The position numbers were made by a program, and so were the translations under genes. A DNA stretch of 64,000 bases from Eledone cirrhosa (lineage: Eukaryota), in the NCBI GenBank assembly GCA_964016885.1, contig OZ024743.1, positions 365,366,001 through 365,430,000 of the forward strand, read 5' to 3'. Every line of letters begins with the position of its first letter. The stretch's first letter is position 1. Under the pieces are notes generated by a model. It was given only the letters and a program-made list of their open reading frames with translations. It had not been told where the DNA came from and made no database searches. Shown here in pieces: positions 13,801-26,834 of the stretch.

Positions 13801-16020
13801 ACATCTTACTACTCCTCCCACCAACACTCAATACACACATCTTACTACTCCTCCCACCAACACTCAATACACACATCTTACTGCTCCTCCTACCAACACT
13901 CAATACACACATCTTACTACTCCTCCCACCAACACTCAATACACACATCTTACTGCTCCTCCCACCAACACTCAATACACACATCTTACTGCTCCTCCTA
14001 CCAACACTCAATACACACATCTTACTGCTCCTCCCACCAACACTCAATACACACATCTTACTACTCCTCCCACCAACACTCAATACACACATCTTACTGC
14101 TCCTCCCACCAACACTCAATACACACATCTTACTGCTCCTCCTACCAACACTCAATACACACATCTTACTGCTCCTCCTACCAACACTCAATACACACAT
14201 CTTACTGCTCCTCCTACCAACACTCAATACACACATCTTACTGCTCCTCCCACCAACACTCAATACACACATCTTACTGCGCCTCCCACCAACACTCAAT
14301 ACACACATCTTACTACTCCTCCCACCAACACTCAATACACACATCTTACTGCGCCTCCCACCAACACTCAATACACACATCTTACTGCTCCTCCCACCAA
14401 CACTCAATACACACATCTTACTGCGCCTCCCACCAACACTCAATACACACATCTTACTACTCCTCCCACCAACACTCAATACACACATCTTACTGCTCCT
14501 CCCACCAACACTCAATACACACATCTTACTGCTCCTCCCACCAACACTCAATACACACATCTTACTGCGCCTCCCACCAACACTCAATACACACATCTTA
14601 CTGCGCCTCCCACCAACACTCAATACACACATCTTACTACTCCTCCCACCAACACTCAATACACACATCTTACTGCGCCTCCCACCAACACTCAATACAC
14701 ACATCTTACTGCTCCTCCCACCAACACTCAATACACACATCTTACTGCGCCTCCCACCAACACTCAATACACACATCTTACTGCGCCTCCCACCAACACT
14801 CAATACACACATCTTACTACTCCTCCCACCAACACTCAATACACACATCTTACTGCGCCTCCCACCAACACTCAATACACACATCTTACTGCGCCTCCCA
14901 CCAACACTCAATACACACATTTTACTGCTCCTCCCACTAACACTCAATACACACATCTTACTGCTCCTCCCACCAACACTCAATACACACATCTTACTAC
15001 TCCTCCCACCAACACTCAATACACACATCTTACTGCGCCTCCCACCAACACTCAATACACACATTTTACTGCTCCTCCCACCAACACTCAATGCACACAT
15101 CTTACTGCTCCTCCCACCAACACCCCATACACACATCTTACTGCTCCTCCCACTAACACTCAATACACACATCTTACTGCTCCTCCTACCAACACTCAAT
15201 GCACACATCTTACTGCTCCTCCCACCAACACTCAATACACACATCTTACTGCTCCTCCTACCAACACTCAATACACACATCTTACTGCTCCTCCTACCAA
15301 CACTCAATACACACATCTTACTGCTCCTCCCACCAACACTCAATACACACATCTTACTGCTCCTCCCACCAACACTCAATACACACATCTTACTGCTCCT
15401 CCCGCCAACACTCAATACACACATCTTACTGCTCCTCCCACCAACACTCAATACACACATCTTACTGCTCCTCCCACCAACACTCAATACACACATCTTA
15501 CTGCTCCTCCCACCAACACTCAATACACACATCCTACTGCTCCTCCCACCAACACTCAATACACACATCTTACTACTCCTCCCACCAACACTCAATACAC
15601 ACATCTTACTGCGCCTCCCACCAACACTCAATACACACATTTTACTGCTCCTCCCACCAACACTCAATGCACACATCTTACTGCTCCTCCCACCAACACC
15701 CCATACACACATCTTACTGCTCCTCCCACTAACACTCAATACACACATCTTACTGCTCCTCCTACCAACACTCAATACACACATCTTACTACTCCTCCCA
15801 CCAACACACAATACACACATCTTACTACTCCTCCCACCAACACTCAATACACACATCTTACTGCTCCTCCCACCAACACTCAATACACACATCTTACTGC
15901 TCCTCCTACCAACACTCAATACACACATCTTACTGCTCCTCCTACCAACACTCAATACACACATCTTACTGCTCCTCCCACCAACAGCCCATACACACAT
16001 CTTACTTTTCCTCCCACCAA
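10862..16020. repeat. 36-bp minisatellite, about 143 units, decaying into diverged units up to about 16350
   Basis: Unit GCTCCTCCCACCAACACTCAATACACACATCTTACT repeated without indels. Confidence 0.98.
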
Positions 16021-17314
16021 TGCACCATCCACACCCTTGTATGTCCCCTTCCACCAACCTTGCTTACACAGCTCTGTATGTCCCTCCCACCAATGCACCA
16101 TCCACACCCCTGTATGTCCCCTTCCACCAGCCCTCCATGCATACCCCTGTATGTCCCCCCACCCCCATACACAGCCCTGTCTGTCCCTCGATACATACCC
16201 CTGTCTGTCCCTCCCTCCCACCAACCCTTCATACACAGACCTGTACGTCCCTCCACCAACCCTCCATACACATATTTTATTGTCCCACCCACTATCCTCT
16301 ATACACACCTCTGGTTTTCCCCTCCTACCAACCCTTCATGTACACCTCTGATGGCCCTTCCCGCAATCCTCCCCAATTACATATTACTGTATCACCCATC
16401 AGTCCTCAACAGATCCCTTGCTGCTCTTCGCCCCAACCCTCCATCACGCCTCTATCAACCCCTATTCCCTTTTATATTCATAGAATTTAGAACAACTCTA
16501 ATAACTGAGGCGAACTGGTAAAAAGACGATCAGGAATCTGAATAAATGTAAAAGAGAGCCGCAGAAAATAAGAGGAACATAATGGAATGAAGAGAAACTA
16601 AGAAATACAGAGAATGAAAGTGACAAAGAGAGAGACAGAGATAAAGTGAGGATGTGGGGAGAGAAGGAGCTATGAGTGTGTGTAATTGTTATGTAGCAAA
16701 CTATTTTGCTAGTTTACTGACCTCATTATATCTTAGGATTTCGACCGAATTCTGCATTATTATTATTGTTTTCATTTATTTATCTATTTATTTATTTGTT
16801 TGCTTCATCTTTCGTTTCGTTTGTAAGTATTATTTGTTTATTATATATTTCAAGGCAACTAGAGTTAAGTCTATAGGCAGAAGGTGGTGTCCAGGCATGG
16901 CCTTGGCACTGATGTCTTAAGTAAACTAAAGAAGAGTTAAAGACGATACTATTCCACTAAATTATATATTCTATAAACAAATCTGTTTTTGTACACCAAT
17001 TAATGTACAATATTCTATGCGCACTTTCATCACTACTGCTTCGTTAAGTTTGCTGATGAAGGAAGAATACGACTGAAATATGTCGCTGCTTTCATCTGCG
17101 CGTGACAAAAAATTCAAAATAATAGCATTCATTGGCTAATGTATATATTTCTTCGATGATAGAGGAATTCTACTCGGGCTGTGCATGTTCCATTGTTGTC
17201 GTTTCAGTTTCATGCCGTGTGACGTGCAGTTTACCATTTGTTCTCCACCTCATCGCCGTTTCATCCATTGTACTTCAGACATGCTGAGAGTTTTTTTTGT
17301 CATTTTTTTGTCAA

Positions 17315-18240
17315 TCAGATCCGGAAAAAAGCAAACCAGTCACCCACCACACACCCATCCCAGTCCAGTGATAAAATGACGTGAAAGTGGGCCTCGACCG
17401 CTATGTTCGCATTGGAGTAACAGAGCCCGTACCTATCGGCACACCCGTCACCTGGTGCCACAGGATGGTGGTATGCCCAAGAAGTCAGGGAAACCTCGAC
17501 GAACAGTCGACTTCCAGCTCCTAACCCGACATGCAATTCGCGAGACACACCACCTAGTCCCCCTTCCACTAAGCCTACACAGTGCCACCATACACCCACA
17601 AACCGCATTTGACGCCTGGAATGGTTACCACAGCATCACCTTCAACAAAGAAGATCTCCACCTCACAACCTTTCTAACACCTTGGGGCCACTATCGTTAT
17701 TGCGTCGCTCCTCAGGGTTACATCGCCTCGAAGGATGGCTACAGTCGACGGTTTGATGAGATTGTCTCAGACATCCCCCCAAAACGAAGTGTATTGATGA
17801 CACATTGATGTGGCCCGACACCATTCAGTAGGCATTCTTTCAGGCTGTCCAATGGCTAAACATCTATGGTTTGAATGGCATCATCATGAACCCCACGAAA
17901 TTTGATTTCACCAAAACAACGGTCGAATTCGCATGATTCGAGATAAGCCCTACTGTTGTCAGCCCAGTGCCTGCTATCTCGAAGCCATCCGAGAATTCTC
18001 CGTGCCAAAGAACATTACCGACATCTGCAGCTGGTTCGGCAGGTCTCCTACGCCGAACGAATGCTGCCCTTCCGAGAACTCCTTAAGCCAGGCACCTGTT
18101 TTGAGTGGACAGACCAACTGAACAGAGGAGTCCAAATCCATCATCATCAGCGAAATTCAAAATAGGGTAGAGATCTTTGACAAAACCGATCCCTTGCAAC
18201 TAACTGGATCAAAGATGGTATCGGATTCTGGCTGTTCCGA
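17315..18240 (+). mobile_element. Ty3/Gypsy LTR retrotransposon pol fragment (RT to RNase H), decayed
   Basis: PKKSGKPRRTVDFQ, DAWNGYHSI, TTFLTPWGHYRYCVAPQGY, PFRELLKPG..FEW; no LTRs seen. Confidence 0.85.
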
Positions 18241-18849
18241 TGTCTCATAGAATAACTTGAAATTATAAATTAACAATTAACTATATCATATATGTCACAA
18301 ACTAACCGTATATCTTTAAGAAAAACTTACATAGAATAAATAATATTTAAATGAGGTTTAACCTCACAAGGTTTAAAGAATAAACAGAACAATATCAAAA
18401 AGCATTCACCATAAAAGCAAGTAATTAGATTTAAATCCATGTTATGCAGAAGGAATTTTTTTTAAAAGCCATGCAAGACTATATGTTTTCTTGTGGTTTT
18501 TATGTAGTTAGATTACAGTGAATGGGTTAATGTATGGCTTATACAGGTTGAATGATTCTTGTTAAATAAGTTGTAAGAAGAGTCCGTAAAAAGAATTGGC
18601 AGGCACATACAGTTGGTTAGTATAATATGTAAAGAAGAAGATATATAAAGAAAATAAAAGATATATATATATATATATATATATAGAAAAATATAGCACG
18701 TGTAGATATTACCGTATTCGCTAATCTGGTTCAAATTCTGCCTAGTAGTTGTGAATCCTATTTACTGCTCTTTCTTCCTCTTTTTTTACTGTTTACTTTT
18801 AAGGTGGTTATATATATATATATACATATATGTATATATATATATATAC

Positions 18850-19012
18850 GTTATTCCGGGTTGAATCGGAGGTAATTACAGTAAGTAAGGTACTCAATAC
18901 ATAGCAGAGTATAAAAGTTTTAATATAGATGAGATTCTACAGGACTAGAACTGTTTCATTCTTTAGAAATCATCAGGAATCTCATTGATTCCTGATGATT
19001 TCTAAAGAATGA

Positions 19013-19015
<3 letters not shown>
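18850..19015 (-). mobile_element. mini PLE-like insertion: hammerhead plus inverted partial copy, in (TA)n
   Basis: 18953-18981 is inverted at 18987-19015; (TA)n on both sides. Confidence 0.7.
18933..18981 (-). ncRNA. type-I hammerhead ribozyme, canonical core
   Basis: gattc-CTGATGA-t-ttc-taaa-gaa-t-GAAA-cag-ttctagtc-ctg-TA-gaatc; all three stems pair; GUA triplet. Confidence 0.8.
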
Positions 19016-19099
<84 letters not shown>

Positions 19100-19103
<4 letters not shown>

Positions 19104-19280
19104 GAACGAATGACTTTCGTCAAATCGGACCGCGGAAACAATGTTTCCATTGGTCTTTCCAATTGCTAATACTATCTATCGGCCGCAACTCCAGGAAGAA
19201 GGAGCAACGTGAAATAAAGTGTCTTGCTCAAGGACATAACGCATCACCCAGTCCGGGAATCGAACTCACAACCTCACGAA
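19100..19280 (-). mobile_element. tRNA-derived CORE-like SINE (5'-truncated)
   Basis: Reverse complement of 41160-41336; B-box GTTCGATTCC; TGTCCTTGAGCAAGACACTTTA. Confidence 0.75.
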
Positions 19281-19924
19281 AGACCAATGTTGTCTCTTAT
19301 CGAGACAAAGCAAGAGTGTATTTGAATACATATAAAAATGAGAAAACTGATCGCTAGAACAGCCATTAAAACAGCTATATGCTGTCAAAGACAGTGATAG
19401 GAACAATGTCTCAGAGAGGAGAGACCAGCGGCCAGTGGTCAACAGAGAGACAATCCACAAGGTGAGTTACAGGTAGATGAAATATAGAAAAGATTGAAAG
19501 AAGAGGAGGGCAAGGAGAAGTGTGTTGGCGCATAGAAGTGACTGGAAAAAGGAAATAAAGAAAGGCAAGAGAAGTTTACACACACATCTTCACCATCATC
19601 AGCTCTCAAATAAGCAAAATGGTTTTGCACGATTTAATTGAGAGTACCATGCTGGATCGTGCAACAGAAAAATAAATGTTTCTGCTGGTACGATGTGTGT
19701 GACAAAAGAAACAGCACAAATAGAAGGACGAAAGAAGACAAATAAAATAAAATGACGGGATAGTGGGCCTCAAGCTGTGGTGTCTGCCCTACACAGAAAG
19801 CTAATCATAGCTATGATAAAGTTAAATGAAAAAAACAATGTTGTTTCTGATCGAGAGGAAGTGGGAGTGTATTTGAATACACATAAAAATGAGAAAACAC
19901 ATCGCTAGAACAGCCGTTAAAGCA

Positions 19925-21107
19925 GCCGCTTTTCAAACGCAAGTTGTAACTACGCATTTCAAACTTCCAACGTTTTAAACGCAATTGAAAATTACCTGAT
20001 TAGAGAGAGACTTCATTGGTCTTTCTCATTGCATTAGTAAAAGAGTGTGCATCATAATTTAATTTAAGATTTCATGCCCTAAAATGGAAGAACTATAGAA
20101 TATTGTGGTGGTTTAAAAATAACAAAACCGCTACAGAAACAGCTAAATACGTTTGCAGTGTTTATGGCCAAGGTGTCATTACTGACGGCTAAGTCCAAAA
20201 CTGGATTTCAAAGTTTCTTTCTGGGGATTGAGAAATGAACCCAGACCAGGAAGCTCATCAGTCCTCAATCAAGATGCTTTAAGAAAATTAGCATTTGACC
20301 TCAACACATTCCAATCCACAAACTGCTACCACTTGGAAAAGATAGGAAAAATTAGCAGGCTGGGCATTTGGATTCCTTATACTCTTAGTGAAAAGAATAA
20401 AGAAGATCGCTTATCCATAGTTACAAATCTTCTTTCAAAGGCAGAGAAATGACCCAGTTCCTAAGAATATCATTACAGGTGATTAAGAATGGGTCTTTTA
20501 TTGACAATATTCAATTAGAAAGCAATGGATTGATAAGAATAAATCTCCGCAGACTACCCCAAAGGCGGAGCTCCACGGAAGAAGAGTTATGCTGTTTGTA
20601 TGGTGGGATCACTGCGGTATTATTCATTTTGAGTTTTTAAACCGCAATAAGACGCACAACGCAGGTTTATACTCTCAACAGCTGCAACGTGTGTATGAAC
20701 ATTTTCTAAGAAAACACGCCATACTCGTCAACAGATGAAACGTTGTGCTTCTCTATGATAACGCAAAGCCACATTCAGAATCACGGACGAAAAAATATTG
20801 CATTTAGGCTTGTCTGTTCTACCCCATCCACACTATATTCACCAGACCTTGCACCAAGTGATTTCAATATTTTTCGTTCAAAATGCTCTGAATGGCAAAC
20901 AATTTTCTCAAGAGGAACAGGTGCAAACGTCTGTGGGAAACTTCTCTGTTCGAAACCAGGTGAATTTTACTTGAGAGGAATCAACACGCTACATGATACT
21001 GGTGATTCAAAATAATGGCGAATATACTATTCATTGAAATTAATTGATTGTTAAATTATCAATGAATGAATTATTTTACTAAAACGGAAATTATTTATGA
21101 CTCAAAG

Positions 21108-21112
<5 letters not shown>
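19925..21112 (+). mobile_element. decayed mariner DNA transposon
   Basis: Transposase remnants EPRPGSS, WIPYTLSEKN (WVPHEL-like), YSPDLAPSDF; many stops and frameshifts; ends in (TA)n. Confidence 0.85.
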
Positions 21113-21182
<70 letters not shown>

Positions 21183-21250
21183 AAAAAGGGATGAAATCGA
21201 AAATGCAACTGAAGTCTTATTTTTTTTTAAATATATATATTTATTTGGTT

Positions 21251-21288
21251 CCTTTACCGGTTTCGCAGTTCTTCTGCTTTTCAAAAGG
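21251..21288 (-). ncRNA. type-I hammerhead (U3-A8) in the inverted pLTR copy
   Basis: Exact reverse complement of 25209-25246. Confidence 0.8.
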
Positions 21289-21892
21289 TGAGTTGAGATG
21301 GAGGGTCTGTGGTTTTTCTCACATCTGGTTGGTCTCTAAATGTTACTTGTTTTATATGGAAAAACTGGCTCGAAAACCAGGTTTTTCGAGAAGTAATTTG
21401 ATTGGTTTGTCAATAATTATAATAAATTTCGCGCCAGTTCGCGTTACAATAGTTTTTAAAACAAACTAAAACTCACACACCACATGCACAACAAATAACA
21501 AAAAAAGTAACAAAACGTCCAACATACCCCCAGCAAAACTATAACGATAATCCCAGAAACCATAGACAAAACTATAACCCTACTAACAAAAACCAAAGAT
21601 CCCCGAACACAAGGCAGGACCTGATCCGCAGATCACAACCCACACAAAACCTATTCCAAAACCGTAGACCCCTGCCCACACAAAGCCTGTTCCAAAACCA
21701 TAGATCCCAACCCACACAAAGGAACCAAATCTACAACCCGGACTATCAACAAACCGAACCTCAATACGTCCGAAACTTCTATACAAGACCACACAACAAC
21801 AGGGGAAATACCATTAGATATAATAATACCAATGAAAAAACATTCCAGAAAAATCATTTTTTAGACCAAGGCTACAGGACTCACGACACCCG

Positions 21893-24163
21893 GTGGCACA
21901 AACCGATTTTGAAAAACCGAAAATAATTAACATTTCAAATACAAACCTCTCAGCCCAACAAGTAAAAATTCTCTCCAAAGGTCTGAAATTCACACCAACA
22001 CCACAATATCCTAACCCCAACGAGATAAATGACGATATCTCACACTTCTGTAGAAAATTACGTCTCACAGAGGAATTCTTTGACAAGGAGAATAACGACG
22101 AATCAATTGTACGGAATAAAAGCAGCTACAACCCAACAAAAGGTAGAAACAGAGTTCTGGACAAATTTTGTGACCACATAGCTACCTTCCCATACCATGA
22201 ACTACCGCAACCTAAACCCAAACCCAACACAAGTCGAAGGGAATGGGAGATTATCCATGAACTAAAAAACAATCCGGACATTGTAATTAAGGAAGCGGAC
22301 AAGGGAAGTACTGTTGTCATTATGGAGGCTGAAAAATATAAAAATTCTATGTTCTCTCTCTTACAAAATGCTAATTACTATGAAAGAGTAAAACACTACC
22401 AGCAATCAAAAATAATGACCAAATTAAACACACTGATTTATCGATACCAGGAAGACCTAACTAAAAAGGAACGCGATTATTTAACAAATTTTGAATACAA
22501 AACCAGCAACCTTTACGGACTTCCGAAGATCCACAAATGTAAAATAATCAACGATGCCTGTAAACAATCCACCTCAGCCTGCGTGAACACACAATACCCC
22601 ACAGACCTTAAATTAAGACCAATTGTAGCGGGCCCACAATGTGAAACACACAGATTGAGCAACTTTATAGACATACTACTGAAACCAATACTGAAACACA
22701 TACCAAGCCTTGTAAGAGACGATCTGGACCTCTTAAACCACCTCCCCAAACATGTCAACAACGACACTATTATTGTGTCTTTCGATGTAGTGAATCTCTA
22801 CACAACGATCCCACACCAATACGGACTAGAAGCAATAGGATTCTGGCTAGAGAAATATCCCAATGAGATACCTGACAGAATAGAAAAAAGCTTCATCACC
22901 GAGGGATTAAAATTCATCCTACAGAACAACTTTTTTGATTTCGATGGCAATACTTACAAGCAAATATCGGGGACTGCGATGGGCACAAAAGCCGCTCCAA
23001 CTTATGCCAACTTAGTCATGGCATACTTAGAAGTCCAGATATATGAACAGTCAAAATCAAAATACGGATTGAACTTCCACAAATATTTATCAGAGAATTG
23101 GAAACGCTAGTTGGATGATTGCCTCATTCTTTGGTCCCACACACTCGACCAACTGAAGGATTTCAAAAACTTAATAAACGGCATCAATAACCACATCCAA
23201 TTCACAATGGAATACAGCCAAGATCAACTCCCATTTCTGGACATCTTAATCACAAAAAAAGACACAAATATCGAAACTGACATACACTACAAACCAACAG
23301 ATTCCAAACAATATCTGCTATTCACCTCCAACCATCCAAAGCACACGAAGACGAACATTCCTTTTACCCTAGCAAGAAGAATTTGCACAATTGTCTCCAA
23401 TTATGAAACGCGAAATAAAAGACTTCAAGAATTAAAGGAAATTCTACTTGAGAGAGAGTACCCACTATTACTAATAAATAATGGAATAGAAAGGGCTAAA
23501 GCAATAGGCATTGATGAATTACGGAAACAGAAACAAATTCAAGGTACGTCCAATATTCTATCATATATCTCAACACACAACCCAAGAAATGCGGAAGCTT
23601 ACAACACTATTCACAATAACATCCCACTACTAAAACAAAACCCAAGAATGAAAAAAGCCCTTGAAACACACAAAATAATCAAAAGCAAAAGACAACCAAA
23701 ATCACTGAAAACATTACTCACCAATGCCAAATTACCTACCACAAACCCACAACCAAGTATCAAAAAATGTGGTCGCTCTAATTGTGGAACCTGCACTCAC
23801 CTCATTGAAGGCAACACGTATACATTTAAATCAGGACAAAATTTTACTGTAAAAAATCACTTCACTTGCTCATCAAAAAATCTAATTTATGCCATTAAAT
23901 GTAAAGGATGCAATGAAGATTATATAGGACAAACTAAACTCACACTCAGAAACAGAATGACAGTTCATCGCCAACAATTACGAGATCCAACCACGAGACA
24001 AATACCACTAAGTGCACATCTAGACATTTGCGCAAGTAATAAGACACCCAAATTCCAAGTCTTCCCATTTTACCTTTGCGCTAACAATACAACAGAACAA
24101 ATGCGAATAAATAAGGAAAATATGTTTATTCAAAAATATAGACCAACATTAAATAAGGTTTAA
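21893..24163 (+). pseudogene. PLE RT, Cys-rich linker and GIY-YIG endonuclease ORF with one in-frame TAG (23108-23110)
   Basis: LSKGLKF, ADKGS, YGLPKIHK, RPIV, FDVVNLYT, GTAMGT, WKR*LDD, CGRSNCGTC, NLIYAIKCKGC..YIGQT. Confidence 0.92.
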
Positions 24164-24656
24164 TATACATTATGTCAACACCACAATATGACATACACAC
24201 ACACACATAACACCTACTTTAGAAAATAAAAACCCGAACTAAATAAACCTTAAACATACGTTTGCACTGGCAATACAACAGCAAACACGAAAAAGTCAGG
24301 AAAATATGTTCATTCAAAAATATTCCTACTAAAGGAATCATTTTCCTACACACACACATACACACACACAATATATATATATATATATATATATATTCTC
24401 TTCATCTTAACATGCTAACCATACTCCCACACACATAACACCCATACACACACATAAAAACCCCCACACCTACAACACCCTCCCCATTTCTACTAATAGA
24501 ACCACTTTCCTACACACATATATATATACACACACACAAAAAATATATATTCTCTCTATCTAACATACTCGCACACACACACATAACACCCATATACACA
24601 CACACACAACTCCCTCCCCCATCTCTACTAATAGAATCATCTTCCAATACACACAT

Positions 24657-24689
<33 letters not shown>

Positions 24690-25208
24690 AGCACACAAAT
24701 AAACACATATCTTCAGTCTCAATAGAAAATCTGAACTCTGACACCTGAACTCTGACAGCTGGCCATATTCACTGAACCAGAACATTTCTCCCAATCCCTT
24801 TTCCCTTGACCACTATCTCTCCATTGTCATAACATTCACTATAGACTACAGAATAGTTTTCCAAATAAGGGCGCAAAAATGTAATGAAAACTTGTTCACG
24901 TGACAGCCAAATTTCATTTATAACCAACCCAAAAAAAGCCTTCGTGAGCCTCATTTTTTCAAGTAAAAAGAAATTCAAACACTCATATATGAAAAAACAA
25001 CCTGTGACAACCCCCCCCCCCTCCCCCCTCTCTTATTTGAAGAACTATTGTAACGCGAACTGGCGCGAAATTTATTATAATTATTGACAAACCAATCAAA
25101 TTACTTCTCGAAAAACCTGGTTTTCGAGCCAGTTTTTCCATATAAAACAAGTAACATTTAGAGACCAACCAGATGTGAGAAAAACCACAGACCCTCCATC
25201 TCAACTCA

Positions 25209-25246
25209 CCTTTTGAAAAGCAGAAGAACTGCGAAACCGGTAAAGG
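25209..25246 (+). ncRNA. minimal type-I hammerhead ribozyme (U3-A8 core) in the 3' pLTR
   Basis: cctt-TTGAAAA-gcag-aagaa-ctgc-GAAA-ccgg-TA-aagg, followed by AATAAA; palindromic stem III ACCGGT. Confidence 0.82.
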
Positions 25247-25376
25247 AACCAAATAAATATATATATTTTTAAAAAAATAAGACTTCAGTTGCATTTTCGA
25301 TTTCATCCCTTTTTCTTTATACTTCCACTCGTGTAGGACACCTCGGTTATTTTTCATTTTGTAAAAAAAACCTCAC

Positions 25377-25453
<77 letters not shown>

Positions 25454-25541
25454 CATATATGGATAATTCAGTTCATTCCTCATATCATCGGGTTCTTGGG
25501 AACAGCCTCAAATAATTCTTTGCTTAAACTTTAATCTGTTA

Positions 25542-26056
<515 letters not shown>

Positions 26057-26235
26057 ATATATATATATATATATATATTCGATATGTCTCATGAAATAAT
26101 ACAGCCAATTTTCAACACAATACAATTAGTTAGCACCCCGAACGTTTAATTAGGAATATACTCACTTATTTCCTAATGTTTGCTGAGTGAGTTGGGATTT
26201 GGCCGGAGTATCGCTAAAAGCTTTCTCCGATAATG

Positions 26236-26298
<63 letters not shown>

Positions 26299-26320
26299 CT
26301 GCTGCGTAGTCAATTATAGC

Positions 26321-26429
26321 CTTTCTGGTGAAGTCTGATAAATAATTAAGTATTGCATATATTTGAACAATATATATTGTAGTCAGAATATGTAGACAAT
26401 TATAATTGACACAGAAACATATGTTAAAG
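26321..26429 (+). ncRNA. degenerate type-I hammerhead motif
   Basis: cttt-CTGGTGA-long stem II region-GAAA-catatg-TT-aaag, then AATAAA; A6G core change. Confidence 0.4.
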
Positions 26430-26573
26430 CAAATAAATTCCTAATCTCCTTTCTCTGCGATGTTTATATTTTTCTTGGTGCAATACTTGCTTATATATAT
26501 ATTTATATGTGTGTGTGTGTGTGTGTATGTGTGTGTACGTGTGTGTGTGTATGATTTGTGTGTGGATACATAC

Positions 26574-26834
<261 letters not shown>

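Larger units (their letters stand above)
21178..25382 (+). mobile_element. near-intact Neptune-type Penelope-like element with inverted 5' pLTR
   Basis: 21178-21457 is almost exactly the reverse complement of 25040-25319; RT plus GIY-YIG ORF between; (TA)n flanks. Confidence 0.93.

Noticed and set aside
10862-16020. CRISPR array (36-bp repeat length)
   Set aside because: Units are contiguous with no unique spacers, there are no cas genes, and the context is eukaryotic
10796-16057. 1753-aa minus-strand protein
   Set aside because: Antisense reading of the minisatellite with no unique domain
17050-17090. CTGATGA…GAAATATGTC hammerhead-like string
   Set aside because: Stems I and II do not pair convincingly
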